This document shows positions 26,501 through 38,686 of a stretch of DNA of 64,000 nucleotides, piece by piece. The notes beneath the pieces are model-generated. The model was not told the DNA's origin and did not search any database. It saw nothing but the letters and a program-made list of their open reading frames with translations. The stretch is taken from assembly GCF_030684315.1 (NCBI RefSeq), contig NC_081362.1, positions 89,111,022-89,175,021 on the forward strand, in the 5' to 3' direction. Source of the DNA: Stegostoma tigrinum (lineage: Eukaryota). Positions within the stretch are counted from its first letter, which is position 1; each line of letters begins with the position of its first letter. The position numbers and the translations under genes were made by a program.

Positions 26501-29500
26501 CAATTGTTGTATTGATAGTATTCATGCATTATTTCAACACGTTAAAAATGTGTATATACAGTTTGGTTTCCGATTGTTAATTCACTCATAGTAAGAACTG
26601 CTGTTCTTACTATCTCAGTGAATTATAACCCTACTGCGAAGCCTCTTCTAGGGACACCCACCTTGTGAGAAGTTATCCTCTTCCCTCTGGAAAGCCCTCA
26701 GTGGATCTCTCGCCAACTGCAACCCTCTGGTAAAGTCTTCAGCCTAACTTCCCTACTGTGTTCCTCCTGCTCCCCACAGTGTTATCCTTGGTTTCAGAGT
26801 GTTTTTTAAAAATAGTTTTGGGTTTCTCTTTGAAGAAGCTGTCTGCTGATGTATCGGTGCTGAGCTCCACACTTTCAACTTCTTGGTATTTGTGTGCTAA
26901 GTAATGGATTTGTTGCAAAAATCATTCTTGATAAAATTTACCATTACTTTAATTACATTACTATTTCATCTTTTGGTCATTTGAGAAATGGTGGATCATT
27001 CAGATTTGGTCTCTGTATTCTAATTTAATTCAGCTTTGATTCAAATACAAGTAAATGTGATTAACAGAAGTGACTCATTCTTTGAGCTGTCATTGCTCAT
27101 CTTCCTCCTCCATTGTACCCAAAAATCTTTCCTTCAGCGACATATCATATCTCATAAGGATTAAGGCAAAAGTAACTCAGGCTGCCTATTGGCTGCAGGC
27201 AATATCTTAAACATACTCAGTGGGAACTAAGTAAGTATTCGCAGAAATTTTTCTCCCAGAACAAACCCATTTAATTTCATTAATAAAATGTCCACTATAG
27301 GTTTGCAAAATAGTTAAGTGTGCCAACCAACACCTCCAGTTACACCAACATTCTTGAGTTATACATGGAGCAATAAACGTGGCTAAATTAAAACCTCATT
27401 CTAACTTTTTAAGTGACTGAATAGTAGAATATTATATGCGACAAAATTATTTCTACCTGATGGTTCCTTGAGTCAAACACTACACTGTCATGGTAAGTTA
27501 AACTTGGCCATTCCACACTTCTAAGAGCTATAACTGGGCAGGCTAGTTTCACCACAACAATTTGCCAAAAGCTCTCTTTTCCCCCAGCCTCCCAAGAAAC
27601 TAAAAGACAATTATAGCTCATTTCATATTTTTTGAACCCTGAATGAATACAGCTAGGAGGCTTTGCTTCTACGCTACACCAAGTCCATTACATAGATTCT
27701 CGATATATCAAGACCTCAACATACTGCCCATACACCAATACATAGAGTAATTGACAAGCCTAATTAACATCCATAAGACATTTCAATCTGGATTTGATTT
27801 AAAGGAAATAGACTAAATATAAAGAAAAGTTCAGAAATCTTTAAAAATTAACATAAATGTTGTTCGATTTGAACACTCATTTGATAAACATATGCTAAAT
27901 TGCTAATTTAGTGATTAAAATTTGAAAACCAGTCCAAAAGGTTTACTCAAAGCTTCACGATATACTACAGGTGGCTGTAGCAGACCAGCAGTAAAATTCT
28001 GGAGAAAATGGGAACTTTGCATAATCATCCAACAAACCAGATGGCTATATCGAGTAATACGTAACCTCTGCTGAGCCAACTTGTAAACCAGAGAGTGTAT
28101 TAATCTGCCTGTCACTGTTACGAACAACTAAAATGGCAGAATCTTCTACGTGCTCTTTAAAAGAAAATGATCTAAAAAATTGAATCCTCTGTTAAAATAG
28201 TGCACATTAATTAAGTGCAATTTGTATTCAGGGTAACAGCCAGCTAGAAAATTTACTGGTGGATGCCTAAACTCATACAGATCTGCTGTATGACAATGGC
28301 TGTTTTCCATTCCCTTTCCATGCAAGGTAAAGAGTCTGTTACAAGGGAAATAGACATATGGAGCAGTTGTTTATAACTGCATTCACAGCGATTACCAGCA
28401 CTTTATGAACCAAAAGAACTAGACAAGTTGTCTAACTATTTTTAATCCATCTGTTCGGATATGATTTGACATACCTTTGGGGGTGGCTGGGACTTTAACC
28501 CTGATCATCTGGCTCAGAGGTAGTGACAGTACCACTGCAACAAGGTGTAATCTGTTGCAAATTGGTTCCCAGTATTTCCATGCTCTCTCCAACAAGGTTG
28601 GAAGTATCCAAACACTTTGCCCTTGTTACAGATGTATGTGGCTGCGCTTTGTTATAAAAGCCAAATGGACAAATTTTAAACACCAGTTACATGGAAGATT
28701 CTGTCCCCACTCTCTTCAGAAGCTGCTCAGTTACATTTAAACCAACTGGTGCTAGGAAATAAGAGGGGACTGATTAGGTTACAGATAAGAACAGGATACA
28801 TAGTTACAGAATTCAGGTCTCCCAAGTTCTACCACCTGCAAATTACTTTGAGAATAACTTCTATGGTGTTTATAGAGTCAAAATTGGCAAATGAATTCCC
28901 TACAGAAATTAAGTTTAAAAAGAAATCAGGCCACCTAAACCAAATCATATTCAACTTGAAACATTAAATGTCTCTCCAAAAATGCTGCCAATTTCCTCCA
29001 GCACTTGATTTTAGATTCCCAGCATATTACCAAATCATACTCTTGGCCCTCTCTCAAAACAACAATCAGATCTACCTTTGAACTCCAGCACCAAAACCAT
29101 TTATCAAGTTCAACAATTCAGCCAATTTAAGTCATTCAAGTAGTGCTTATAACATTCCAACACAGACTATGAGGTGCTCAATAATCAGTAAAGTAGTAAA
29201 TCACAGGAAAACGTCCATGTGTGATTCACAAGGCAAAGGGATGAAACTGGAAAAAGACCACACAATCCATCTTTCATAGCCTGTGCATTATCTACCTCAT
29301 CTTATCGAAATTTCATAAGACTTACACCGAGATCCACCATGACGATCAAAAAGAAATGAAGAAAAATGGTTTACTACTCCTCGTTGCTCAAATTGTCAGT
29401 ATTTGCCACAGGCCTACTGACAACGTTTCCGCTCCCCATCAACTTAAGGAGCCTGAGCATTTAAGATTGTTTTGCAGTTGACCTCGAGCGCCGACAACTC

Positions 29501-29716
29501 AAATCCAAAATGATCAGGTAAAGAACAAGGCACATTTCAGAGCTATGGCAGATACCAGGAATTTCTGATTTCTGGTCAGTAAAGCAGGAGCTGCCACATT
29601 TGGAGAATCTGTTTGCTACATCGGGCAACTGCTGCCCAAAAGTTCAAGATGTAAACCTAAACATCACAACTGAGAAAACAACTGATGAAATTACAAGACA
29701 ACATGAATTGGAAATA

Positions 29717-29912
29717 CAGTCTGTTCTGGTATAACGTGATAGTTGCGTCCTCGTGCGATCTCGCTATATTTTAACAAAAATAATCGCGCAGTAGCTCCGC
29801 TGTTTAGACCCATGGAGCCGGAATCGCATTATAGCCGATACCAGTGAGGAAAGTTCACGTTCTAAGCTCTTTAAACGCGTTAAAGCAGCCCATGTTATAG
29901 CAGAACTGACGG
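29717..29912. mobile_element. Tc1/mariner (Tigger/pogo-like) MITE
   Basis: Terminal inverted repeats CAGTCTGTTCTGGTATAAC / CCGTCAGTTCTGCTATAAC (16/19), with TA on both flanks. Confidence 0.75.
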
Positions 29913-31577
29913 TACGCAGCAGGTACAACCGCATCCTAATTAGGAACAAGTTATAATTTCAGGTAGAAAACACTAGCCAGAGATGGTGCAATGTCCGTTG
30001 CAGGTATTAAACAGTGGTGGAACTTCCTGGCTTAATTATGACTGGTTGGTTCTCGTTCCCTTTCTTTTCTTCGGTTGCACAAAGGTGTTCACGTATCCAC
30101 CTCCAGTTCTGACAACATTTCAATTCTTGACCCATCAATCAAGTCTCTCATCTTTTTGGGTTTCTTCTCAATATTGCGTACCCAATGCTATGCCTATTCA
30201 AAAGTATTATTTGATCATAGAGAATACATCAAGAAACTTTGAAATGTTAGATTACATAGAATTAAGGTTCTTTCATTGCTTCTATAGCAGTAATGCCTGC
30301 CCCAACATTGTGGCCAATTACAAATTTGTTAAGAATTTTCAGTAAATCAGGGAGTTTCTGTTCCAGTAAAAGACCCAACAGGAGTAGCACCCTGCTTTAC
30401 AAATAAAAACTTGTAAAGTTAATTACACGACACCTGCACAGTTCACGTAATGCATTTTTAAAATCATCACAGTAGAAATGGTCTGATGAGACAGAACTTT
30501 CGGAAATCTGGTTTCACTGATCAACAATGTTGTTCCAATTCTTACTGTCAAATGTACAGTTAAACATGATTCTGAGGTTTAATAGCAGTCAAATGATTGA
30601 AAATTCCATCTTTCCCAACTATTTGGAACCCTATTCATTTAAGTCCCTGAATACTTCAAAATATTTCTCAATATCCCAGCAGACCACTTAAAATACATGG
30701 CTTTGCATTGCATAGGGAAAGAACTTAAATTTCCACCATGACTAGTTAAAAAAAAATTCCCAGGTCCCCATAGTAGGAGCTTCCACCAGTGGAAGCATGC
30801 TGGTAGCATCCTGACCATAATAGCAAACTGCACCTTCCCAGAACTGCTGTGTTCTCTCACCCTTTTCCTGTGGCCCATCTATCAGTGAACCGTTGAGGCC
30901 TAACAGTAGGAAAGAAATGGGACCACAACCTCAACTTGGCACAGACCTCTCAGCAAAGACTCTGAAACCCTCAGCTCTGCTCAAAATCCCCCAGAACTAA
31001 AATCAGAACCAATTCAAGGTGAAAACAAAGTACTGGAATAAAACAATTCAGTAACCAATGTCACAGGTGCAGGAAATTAATAGTCAAATGTTCATATGTT
31101 CTTTGTGCAAATTCAAAGAGGTGCATATGATAATGTTTTATTCCCTAGCAGCTGTGATGGGGCAGGTGGGGCGGTCGTGCATGGACACTTTCATCACCCA
31201 ACGAGGACGACTGCAGGCAGTTCAGCACAATAGAAATGTGAAGTCAACCTTTGACAATACAAAAGCCCTTATGTGAATCATAAATATTTTTACAGCATAC
31301 ATTCAATAATTCATAAGTCATTCAGGCACGGTTTGATAATCGACTAAATTGAAGCAAGAAAATGAAATGATGTTACAGCTGGAAGATAAGTGAACATAGC
31401 AGGTAGAAAGAAGAACATTAAGTGAGAGTGTTCCAGGGTAGGCCAGTTAATGGGTCTCCTTGGTACAGAGGTTAGCGAGGAAAGGCACCACTGGGTTCAG
31501 CTTAAAAGGAGTTTGCCATGGATGTCGAGTTCCAAAGCCTTACTAGGTCTAAACATAACCATGCACTGGCTGATTTC

Positions 31578-31888
31578 TCACGAAGGTTTTTGTTCAGAAG
31601 ACCAGGATTTCCTATGCTCACTCTTCCTTGGAGTCCTGTCACCTGATCGGATTCCCGTTCCTCCTTCAGATTTGGCCATTGCAGTGAGAGCTGACAAGTT
31701 CGGGTTAGACTTGGAAAAGTTCCCGCTCCTCCGATTCTCTGAATTTGCAGCCAGCTGTGTCCGGAGGCCAATGCTGCGTCGTTTCGCTGAGCCAGTGGCT
31801 TTTGCAACTCTATTTGGCCTGACTAACACTCCGTAGCCTGGATTACATCGGAAATACTGCTTTCCACCAACTGAACCGTCATTCTTTC
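31578..31888 (-). CDS. KIF13B: KIF13B last coding exon (CAP-Gly C-terminal half and tail)
   Basis: GKNDGSVGGKQYFRCNPGYGVLVRP...EHRKSWSSEQKPS then stop; cag acceptor at 31891-31889. Confidence 0.95.
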
Positions 31889-32499
31889 CTGAAACATAAC
31901 AAAAAGTGTTTTTAAGATCTTTAAACTTAAAGCAAATTGTGAAAACATTCAGATAGTAAGCTAACACCCCGGAACTAGCCCCATGAAACGATGAGATAGG
32001 CAAGATTTAACTTTCTCCATTACAATGGCTTCACTAAAGGGTTACAGGGAAAAGGCAGGAATGTGGACATGAGGAATGCCAGATCAGCCATGACCCTTTT
32101 GAATCATGAAACAGAATCAAGGGGATCAACAACCTACTCCTGTTTATGGTTTTATGGTCTAAAAGATGACGAAGAGAAAGAGGTGACTCTTTAAACCGCA
32201 CCGTTACTTCAAAACAGCAAAATACCTTGGAGCTTTTCTCCACAAGGTACTCTTACACAATAAAACAATCGGCCGAGGACAGCACTGGTCCAAAACAGGT
32301 CACAGCCACAATCTTCCAGAACAGGATGAAAGGAATGTAAGAACAGAAGTACACCTGATCTTTTATTTCAACTCTAGGGAGAAAACACAAAAAAGGGACT
32401 AACGTCTCACAATGGAGCTAATCCCAAGATTTAAAACAAATCATTCTTCCAGCTCTTTGGATTTCTCTCATGGTTGATTCAAAGCAAGACAGTGTACAA

Positions 32500-32817
32500 T
32501 CCGAGGACAAGCCAAACAGAGACATGCACGAGAATTCCTATAAGCATGGCATTCCAACCGGAACTCCATCAACCAACACATTGATTTGGAGCCAATCTAC
32601 CATCCCGTGAGAAAAAGAACAGGAAATGACATCACCAACCCAAGGAAACCTAACCAGATAAATAGAAAGCGGGACATAACACCAGCGCTTCGTCGGAGAC
32701 TCACTGATGATGTTACCTAGAATGGCGACGAAACGTCTGAAAACTAACCTTCCAGCTCAGCGAGCAAACTCACATCCAGAACCTCAATCTGGGCTACAAA
32801 TCTTCTCAAAACTCGCT
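32500..32817 (+). mobile_element. Poseidon-like Penelope 3' terminal fragment
   Basis: Near-identical to the 3' end of 57372-59150; flanked by agtgtacaa at 32491-32499 and 32818-32826. Confidence 0.85.
32701..32740 (+). ncRNA. Minimal type I hammerhead ribozyme motif (Poseidon-like terminus)
   Basis: TCA-CTGATGA-T-GTTACC tagaat GGCGAC-GAAAC-GTC-TGA: catalytic core, stem II, and TCA/TGA stem I. Confidence 0.7.
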
Positions 32818-33611
32818 AGTGTACAAAAATTGCAAAACCATTAAGTTGAAGAGGTCTCTTTTCATCTTCACCCATGGGAAGAATGATAGGTCAAATTTCC
32901 TTACGCAATGGAACGTTGGAACAATGGGACAGTTTGTAGAGAATGGCTGAGACAGAGATCATTGAGCATTCTCAGGGAGAAATGGATAAATATTTGAAGC
33001 AAAAGGAAGATAAAGGATTATAGGTGAAGGCAAAGAGTGGACATTTTAAAGATAATAAACTACAGTAACTCCTCCTGTGCTCTGAGTCTGTCTAACTTCT
33101 CATTTCAGCTTTGACATCACCCAAAGTTAGTACGGTCCACGCTGAAAGTACAGAACATCAGTCAATACTGCATTTGCCATACAGAACTAGAGTTGTTTAT
33201 GAACTTACATTGGAGCAGACATGAATTTTTTGTATACTGAGTAATAGGCAAAACTACAGCGAATAAGATACAACAAAATAATTTTATAGAAATCCTGTTG
33301 GCCCATGCTCAATGTGACCATCTGTTCGTTACCTGGTTGCACAAAGTTCAAACAGCATTTTATGACATAGCTGAGGCAAATTTATTTATTTAATTATTAA
33401 GGACACCAAATAAACAAATGAAAATAACAAATCAGAAAGAAGAACAAAAGAAAAGCAAACTTGCCACTCCTGTGGGAACCTGTAACTCAAGATCTTAAGA
33501 AAACAACTATGAACTAAATGAGAAAAGGTAAAGCGACGTTTCAAACGCATTAACAACATTCTTTTACGCATAAAATCAAAAATCAATTGAAGGGATTTCT
33601 CAGTCTCTTAC

Positions 33612-34824
33612 CTGCTGGTACATTCAGCTCAATTCCAATCCAAATTCCATCAGCAAACTCTGTGGGTCCTATATACCTGACTGTACCAGTCTTGTTTGTA
33701 CCAAATGAGACGTATTCCCCTTCTTTTAGCCACTCAGGAACAATGTCAACTGCTTCCTCAGAATCTGAAATAATTTCAAGTTTTTCATTTGATAACTCAA
33801 GATCTTCATCATATCTTGTATCTGCAGTCACAGATCTCTCAAAGTTGTCACTTGGCTCTGGTATGTAACCTGCAGCCAGACCGGAGACCCCAGACCCCCA
33901 TTCCTCTGTTGACCACTGCTCTTCTTTATCTTCACAATCTTGCCAAGAATTTTCATCCCCCAAGATGCCCGTGAATGACTTCAACTCGGACGTCCTCACC
34001 TTTTGTATTTTGAAAGGGTTAGATGCTGAGGTTATGGACGGAGTTGTGTCAGATTTTGACTCAGACTTGGAGACAGTTAGTGCTGAGGTGGACTTCTGTG
34101 CCAGCAACAAGTCCTCCAGCTCATCAAGTTGGAGGGAATGCAGGACAACTTTCTGGTTGGTCACATCAGGGCCGACTGATTTGTCCACTGGTGCTTCAGC
34201 TGTCTGAGAGGTAGAAAAGCTGTTTTTAGTGTCAACTGATGCAGATATTTCCATGGCCTCTGCTACCACTGTCTCATGTGCAGGCTCTGCTGTTACCTCA
34301 GCATTTGCTGATCGATTCTCAACTCTTGCACAATCCTTTCCCACATCCTTGCTTGGGCTTTGCAGTTGGAATTGACCTTTGCTGGACACCTGTGGAGCAC
34401 CATTTTTTACTTGATTGATTTGATGCTGCATGTCCAGAGATCCATTAGCCATATGTCCAGCAAAGCAGGAACCAGATTTCACATTGGCATTCAGTTTGGC
34501 TGAACCCTCACTGCTGGATGTCCTTTGACTTTGTAACTGGGCAGAAGCGTCCCCATCTGTAGTGGCCCAACTTAGCGGAGGTGTGCCAATGTCTCCACTT
34601 GACACCATTGCAGTTTCCGAAAGGGTAGCTGTAGAAACGCTGTGGGAGAAATACCCACTTGAAGCTTCACTTGAAGGACTCTGAGGGTCTCCTTGGGACT
34701 CATGGCCAGCTGCATCCACAGACTCTATCTTTGATGGAGTATTTGGAATGACTGAGCCCATCACTGTGGGATGGGTGGGTTGTGTCATGGTCACTGGTGC
34801 AGAAGGGGCTTTTTCTTGTTGAGC
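33612..34824 (-). CDS. KIF13B: KIF13B large exon (Ser/Pro-rich linker and CAP-Gly N-terminal half)
   Basis: SPSSEASSGYFSHSVSTATLS, PFKIQKVRTSELKSF, VPEWLKEGEYV...GTVRYIGPTEFADGIWIGIEL; cag acceptor, gtaag donor. Confidence 0.95.
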
Positions 34825-35815
34825 CTGATGAAAATGTACAGAAACACCACATTTTGGCAAAGCAAGTTATGTTAGCACATTTTACCCCTTCTCCTCATTA
34901 CCCCCATCCCACAACCACTCCAAACAACACGTACTTTGCAAAATCAAATACAAGTCATGCTGAAATCATGCAACAATCTCAAATACATTCCTCATCATCC
35001 TCCTAGCAGAAGGAAGAGACCTCAGTGGGCAAACAATGAAGGTACCAAGGGATGTGCTAAAGAGAGATGAGCAAAACTGAAGAGAAAAACATCTCGAAAA
35101 GGAAATGATTTCTCAGTCCATCTTTGACCTAATAAGCACTATATCTTATACATCACTAAACATGGATGTCATGAAAATTAGTTTTTCAAAAATGTATAAG
35201 TTTATTTAATGGAAATTAAGCTACATTTATGTACCAACTTATTTTGAGACACTGGAACATCCCAGAAGTGCTTCACAATAAATGTTTGTTTGAAGTGCAG
35301 TCAAATGTTCTTATGCAGCATACTTAGCTGCCAATTATCCATAACCAGGTCCATATGCAAGGTCAATAAAGAAGATTGAATGAAAAGACAGTGATTTAAT
35401 AAATGCTTTTAAATCCTTCCTTTATCTTACAGCACAGCATTTTCCTCAAGCCTGCATCGCAGTTGCTACTCTCAGTCCTCACCATTCTGAATCATCTCGT
35501 ATCACTCCATTCCATCATTGCAAAGCTCTCTTCCGTATCCATCTGACTTTATAATCTCTTCCACAATCTTTAAAAACATTCTTAAAAGAAAAATCTCTTT
35601 ACCACTCTCCTTTCAACTGAATATGCTGTCCACCTTTTATAGCACTCCCCAGATGGCAATATTGTAACTACTTAAGCTGTTGAATGCACAGTTGCACACA
35701 CATGGGACGTTTGGAAATAATTTTGATTCTTCTGCAGTAAATGTGTTATGAGATAACTAACCAGACAGGTATGAATTCTAATACTTAGCTTCTTGAAACT
35801 GGAGATTATACTTAC

Positions 35816-35878
35816 AACTTTATTCTGTTCAAATGTATCTTGAAGTTTAGCAGACTGCACCACAATTCGAGGAACAGA
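35816..35878 (-). CDS. KIF13B: KIF13B coding exon (63 nt)
   Basis: ctgtag| then SVPRIVVQSAKLQDTFEQNKV |gtaagt; resembles recalled human PVPRIMVQSA. Confidence 0.85.
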
Positions 35879-36512
35879 CTACAGATAAGAAATACTGATC
35901 AGTTACTATGCACTACATATTCAAATAAGGCTTAAACTCAAAAATCCCCAGACTGTCAATGACCCAGCTTAAATTACTGTATCATTCAGTAACCTATAAA
36001 CATTTAACAAAACATTTGTTTGTAATACTTTTAGTCTCACATTTCACCACATTCTATGCAACCAGGACCACTGCACCTTCACCAAGGGCAGATCCAATCA
36101 CAGCTTGTTTCTGAATATCCCTCTGATTCCCATCGCCTCCTTCTTTTGCACCCTATGCAAGGGCCTGCAGAAGCTCTGGCTCAAAACTATCATTATATTT
36201 CAGAGTCAGTCCTGGTCCACAAAAATATCAGTGGCATTTCAAATAAAGCACTTAATTGAATGTAAACCACTTTGAGATGTCCTGAGGTTGGAAAAGGCAC
36301 TGCATATATGCAATGGCACTTTTACATTTTTATTGAAACATTGTTTAAAATATGATGTCATCGTAACTAAAACATTTTGCAAGAAGTTACTGAAATCAAC
36401 CAAATGAGTGAGCCAACCGACAGTGAGCTCAACAACAATACAAGTCACTTCTATAATCCCTTTCCATTTCAACTACTATCCTATTGCTCATAAAAGGATC
36501 ACAAACTAGAGA

Positions 36513-36636
36513 AGAGAGATAACACGGTGTAGAGCTGGATGAACATAGCAGGCCAAGCAGCATCACAGGAGCAGGAAAGCTGATGTTTTGGGTCTGGACC
36601 CTTCTTCAGAAATGGTGGAGGGGAAGGGGAGTCTGA

Positions 36637-36668
<32 letters not shown>

Positions 36669-36868
36669 CGGGGGGAAGGTGGATGGAAGATGGATAAAGG
36701 AGCAGATAGGTGGACAGGAGATAGACAGGTCAAACAGGTAGGGATGGAGCCAGTAAAGGTGAGTGTAGGTGGGGAGTTAGGATGGGGACAGGTCAGTCCA
36801 GGGAGGACAGACAGGTCAAGGGGATGGGATGAGGCTGGTAGCTAGGAGATTGGGGTGGGGCTTGAGGA
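36513..36868 (-). mobile_element. Neptune-like Penelope 3' terminus including a (GA)n tract at 36642-36668
   Basis: gagctggatgaacatagcaggccaagcagcatc... similar to 42655-42970. Confidence 0.8.
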
Positions 36869-37616
36869 TCTTGAGAACATAGTTTTAAAAGTATTTTGCA
36901 AAAGAAACTAATGCAAGGTAGAAAGAAACCTTTTCCACACTATTTGGATGATTGAATGCATGACTTAGTACTGTGATACAGGTAGGTTCAACTGAGGAAT
37001 TTAAGAGGGCATCAGATGATTATTTAAATAGAAACTGTGTGCCAGACTACAGGGAACAAGGAGAATGGGACTCATTCAAAGTGCTCAGACAGCTGGTTCA
37101 GACACAACAGGCCGAATAGCTTCCTCTGAGCCATTAACAATTCTGTAATCCTGTCATGTTGCGGTGATGATGTGTGCCTTCCCAAAAGATTTAACATTCT
37201 GCTCACGACTGCAGCACACTTTGTATTAAATGGTGTGCTGTCGGATTATACTTGCGCTATAAACTCAGTACATATTCCCGTGTCATGGCATACACATTGA
37301 TGCCACTTTGCAGTTGAAAAGTGTCCTTCACGTATCTCAGGAACATTCTGGCAGATCATATTGAAAAGCCAGCTCATAGAGACTATCATTGAATATACAA
37401 AGGTCTGGTAACATTTAAATGAAGTATTACAAAGGTGCCCTTAAAGTTCCTTGCTTTCATAATTCATTCACGTACAGAATACACTTTCTACACCAGTTAA
37501 ACACCAGGTCAGCATTTAAGATTCTGTAATGCACACATGGCCAGCTTTATTGAAATAGTGTATGAACTGCCAAATTTATGGTGATGTTCCCATAATTGCC
37601 CGCTTGCTTCTTGACA

Positions 37617-37940
37617 ATTAGATTAGACTAGATTAGATTAGGTTCCCTACAGTGTGGAAACAGGCCCTTCGACCCAACAAGTCCACACTGCCCCTTGGAG
37701 CATCCCACCCAGACCCATCCCCCATAACCCACACACCCCTCAACACTACAGGCAATTTAGCATGGCCAATCCACCTAGCCTGCACACCTTTGGGCTGTGG
37801 GAGGAAACCGGAGCACCCGGAGGAAACCCATGCAGACACAGGGAGAATGTGCAAACTCCACACAGACAGTCGCCCTAGGCTGGAATCAAACCTGGATCCC
37901 TGGCGGTGAGGCTGCAGTGCTAACCACTGAGCCACCGTCA
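37617..37940 (-). mobile_element. HE1-like (V-SINE) tRNA-derived SINE
   Basis: Minus strand gtggctcagtggttagc (A box), ggtttgattcc (B box), tggagtttgcacattctccc core and (aatct)n tail. Confidence 0.85.
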
Positions 37941-38549
37941 CTATATTTAACATTGTTGAAATCTTCCTTGCTCCCCTCTCAATTTGTCACGCTGCCACTT
38001 TCACCTCTTCGAACTGTAACAACTAACTAGCCAATCATCCTGCCCATGTTTCTGAGAGCTATCATGACTTAAGTTTTTTGCTGTATCCCTACATCTAAAC
38101 ATACCAAGGCAAGACTAAATGAAAAGGAGCAGAGGAAAAGGGTGCTCCAGCTTCTTCCCATAGTCCAATGGCGTGCAGGTTAGGTGGATGAGCCATGTTA
38201 AAATTGCCCTGTAGCATTCAGGTATGTGCAAGCAGGGGCTGAGTCTGCGTGATCCGATCTTTGGAGAGTCAATACAGATTTCATGAGTCAAATGGTCTCT
38301 TCCGAACTGTAGGAATTCTATGATTCAAATTGGACCGTAAATGGTACAAAAGTGCTTTCTCTCCAAAGATTTTGCTAGATCTGCTGAAATTTTCCACTAC
38401 TTCTATTTTTGTTTCTCATTTCTGGCATCTGCAGTTCTTTGATTTTAATTAAAATTAGAAGTGTTTCACAGCGTTTTTCGTGTCTCATTGCCAGCCAAAT
38501 ATATTTAACTGTTTAATGACATTTTCGAAAACAACTTATGAGTCCTCAC

Positions 38550-38686
38550 CTGTTGATTCGGTGCAGGGACAGATCTTCTCTTCTCTTCATCCCGTACAGG
38601 GAAAAGTGATTTGAGAAGTTTGGGCATTTGAGGTACAAAGGCCTTCACTGGATTCAAGTAAGAGGCAGCTAGTGTTGAAAAGGAGA
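38550..38686 (-). CDS. KIF13B: KIF13B coding exon
   Basis: (V)SFSTLAASYLNPVKAFVPQMPKLLKSLFPVRDEEKRRSVPAPNQQ; donor gtgagg; a second in-frame acceptor gives a start at 38668. Confidence 0.9.

Noticed and set aside
29700-30050. CpG-island promoter
   Set aside because: The CpGs are mostly confined to a TIR-bounded MITE; too short, and no downstream exon
36056-36180. Purine-rich minus-strand stretch resembling an extra KIF13B exon
   Set aside because: No phase 0/0 splice pair I could support, one candidate frame has a stop, and the CDS is already continuous without it
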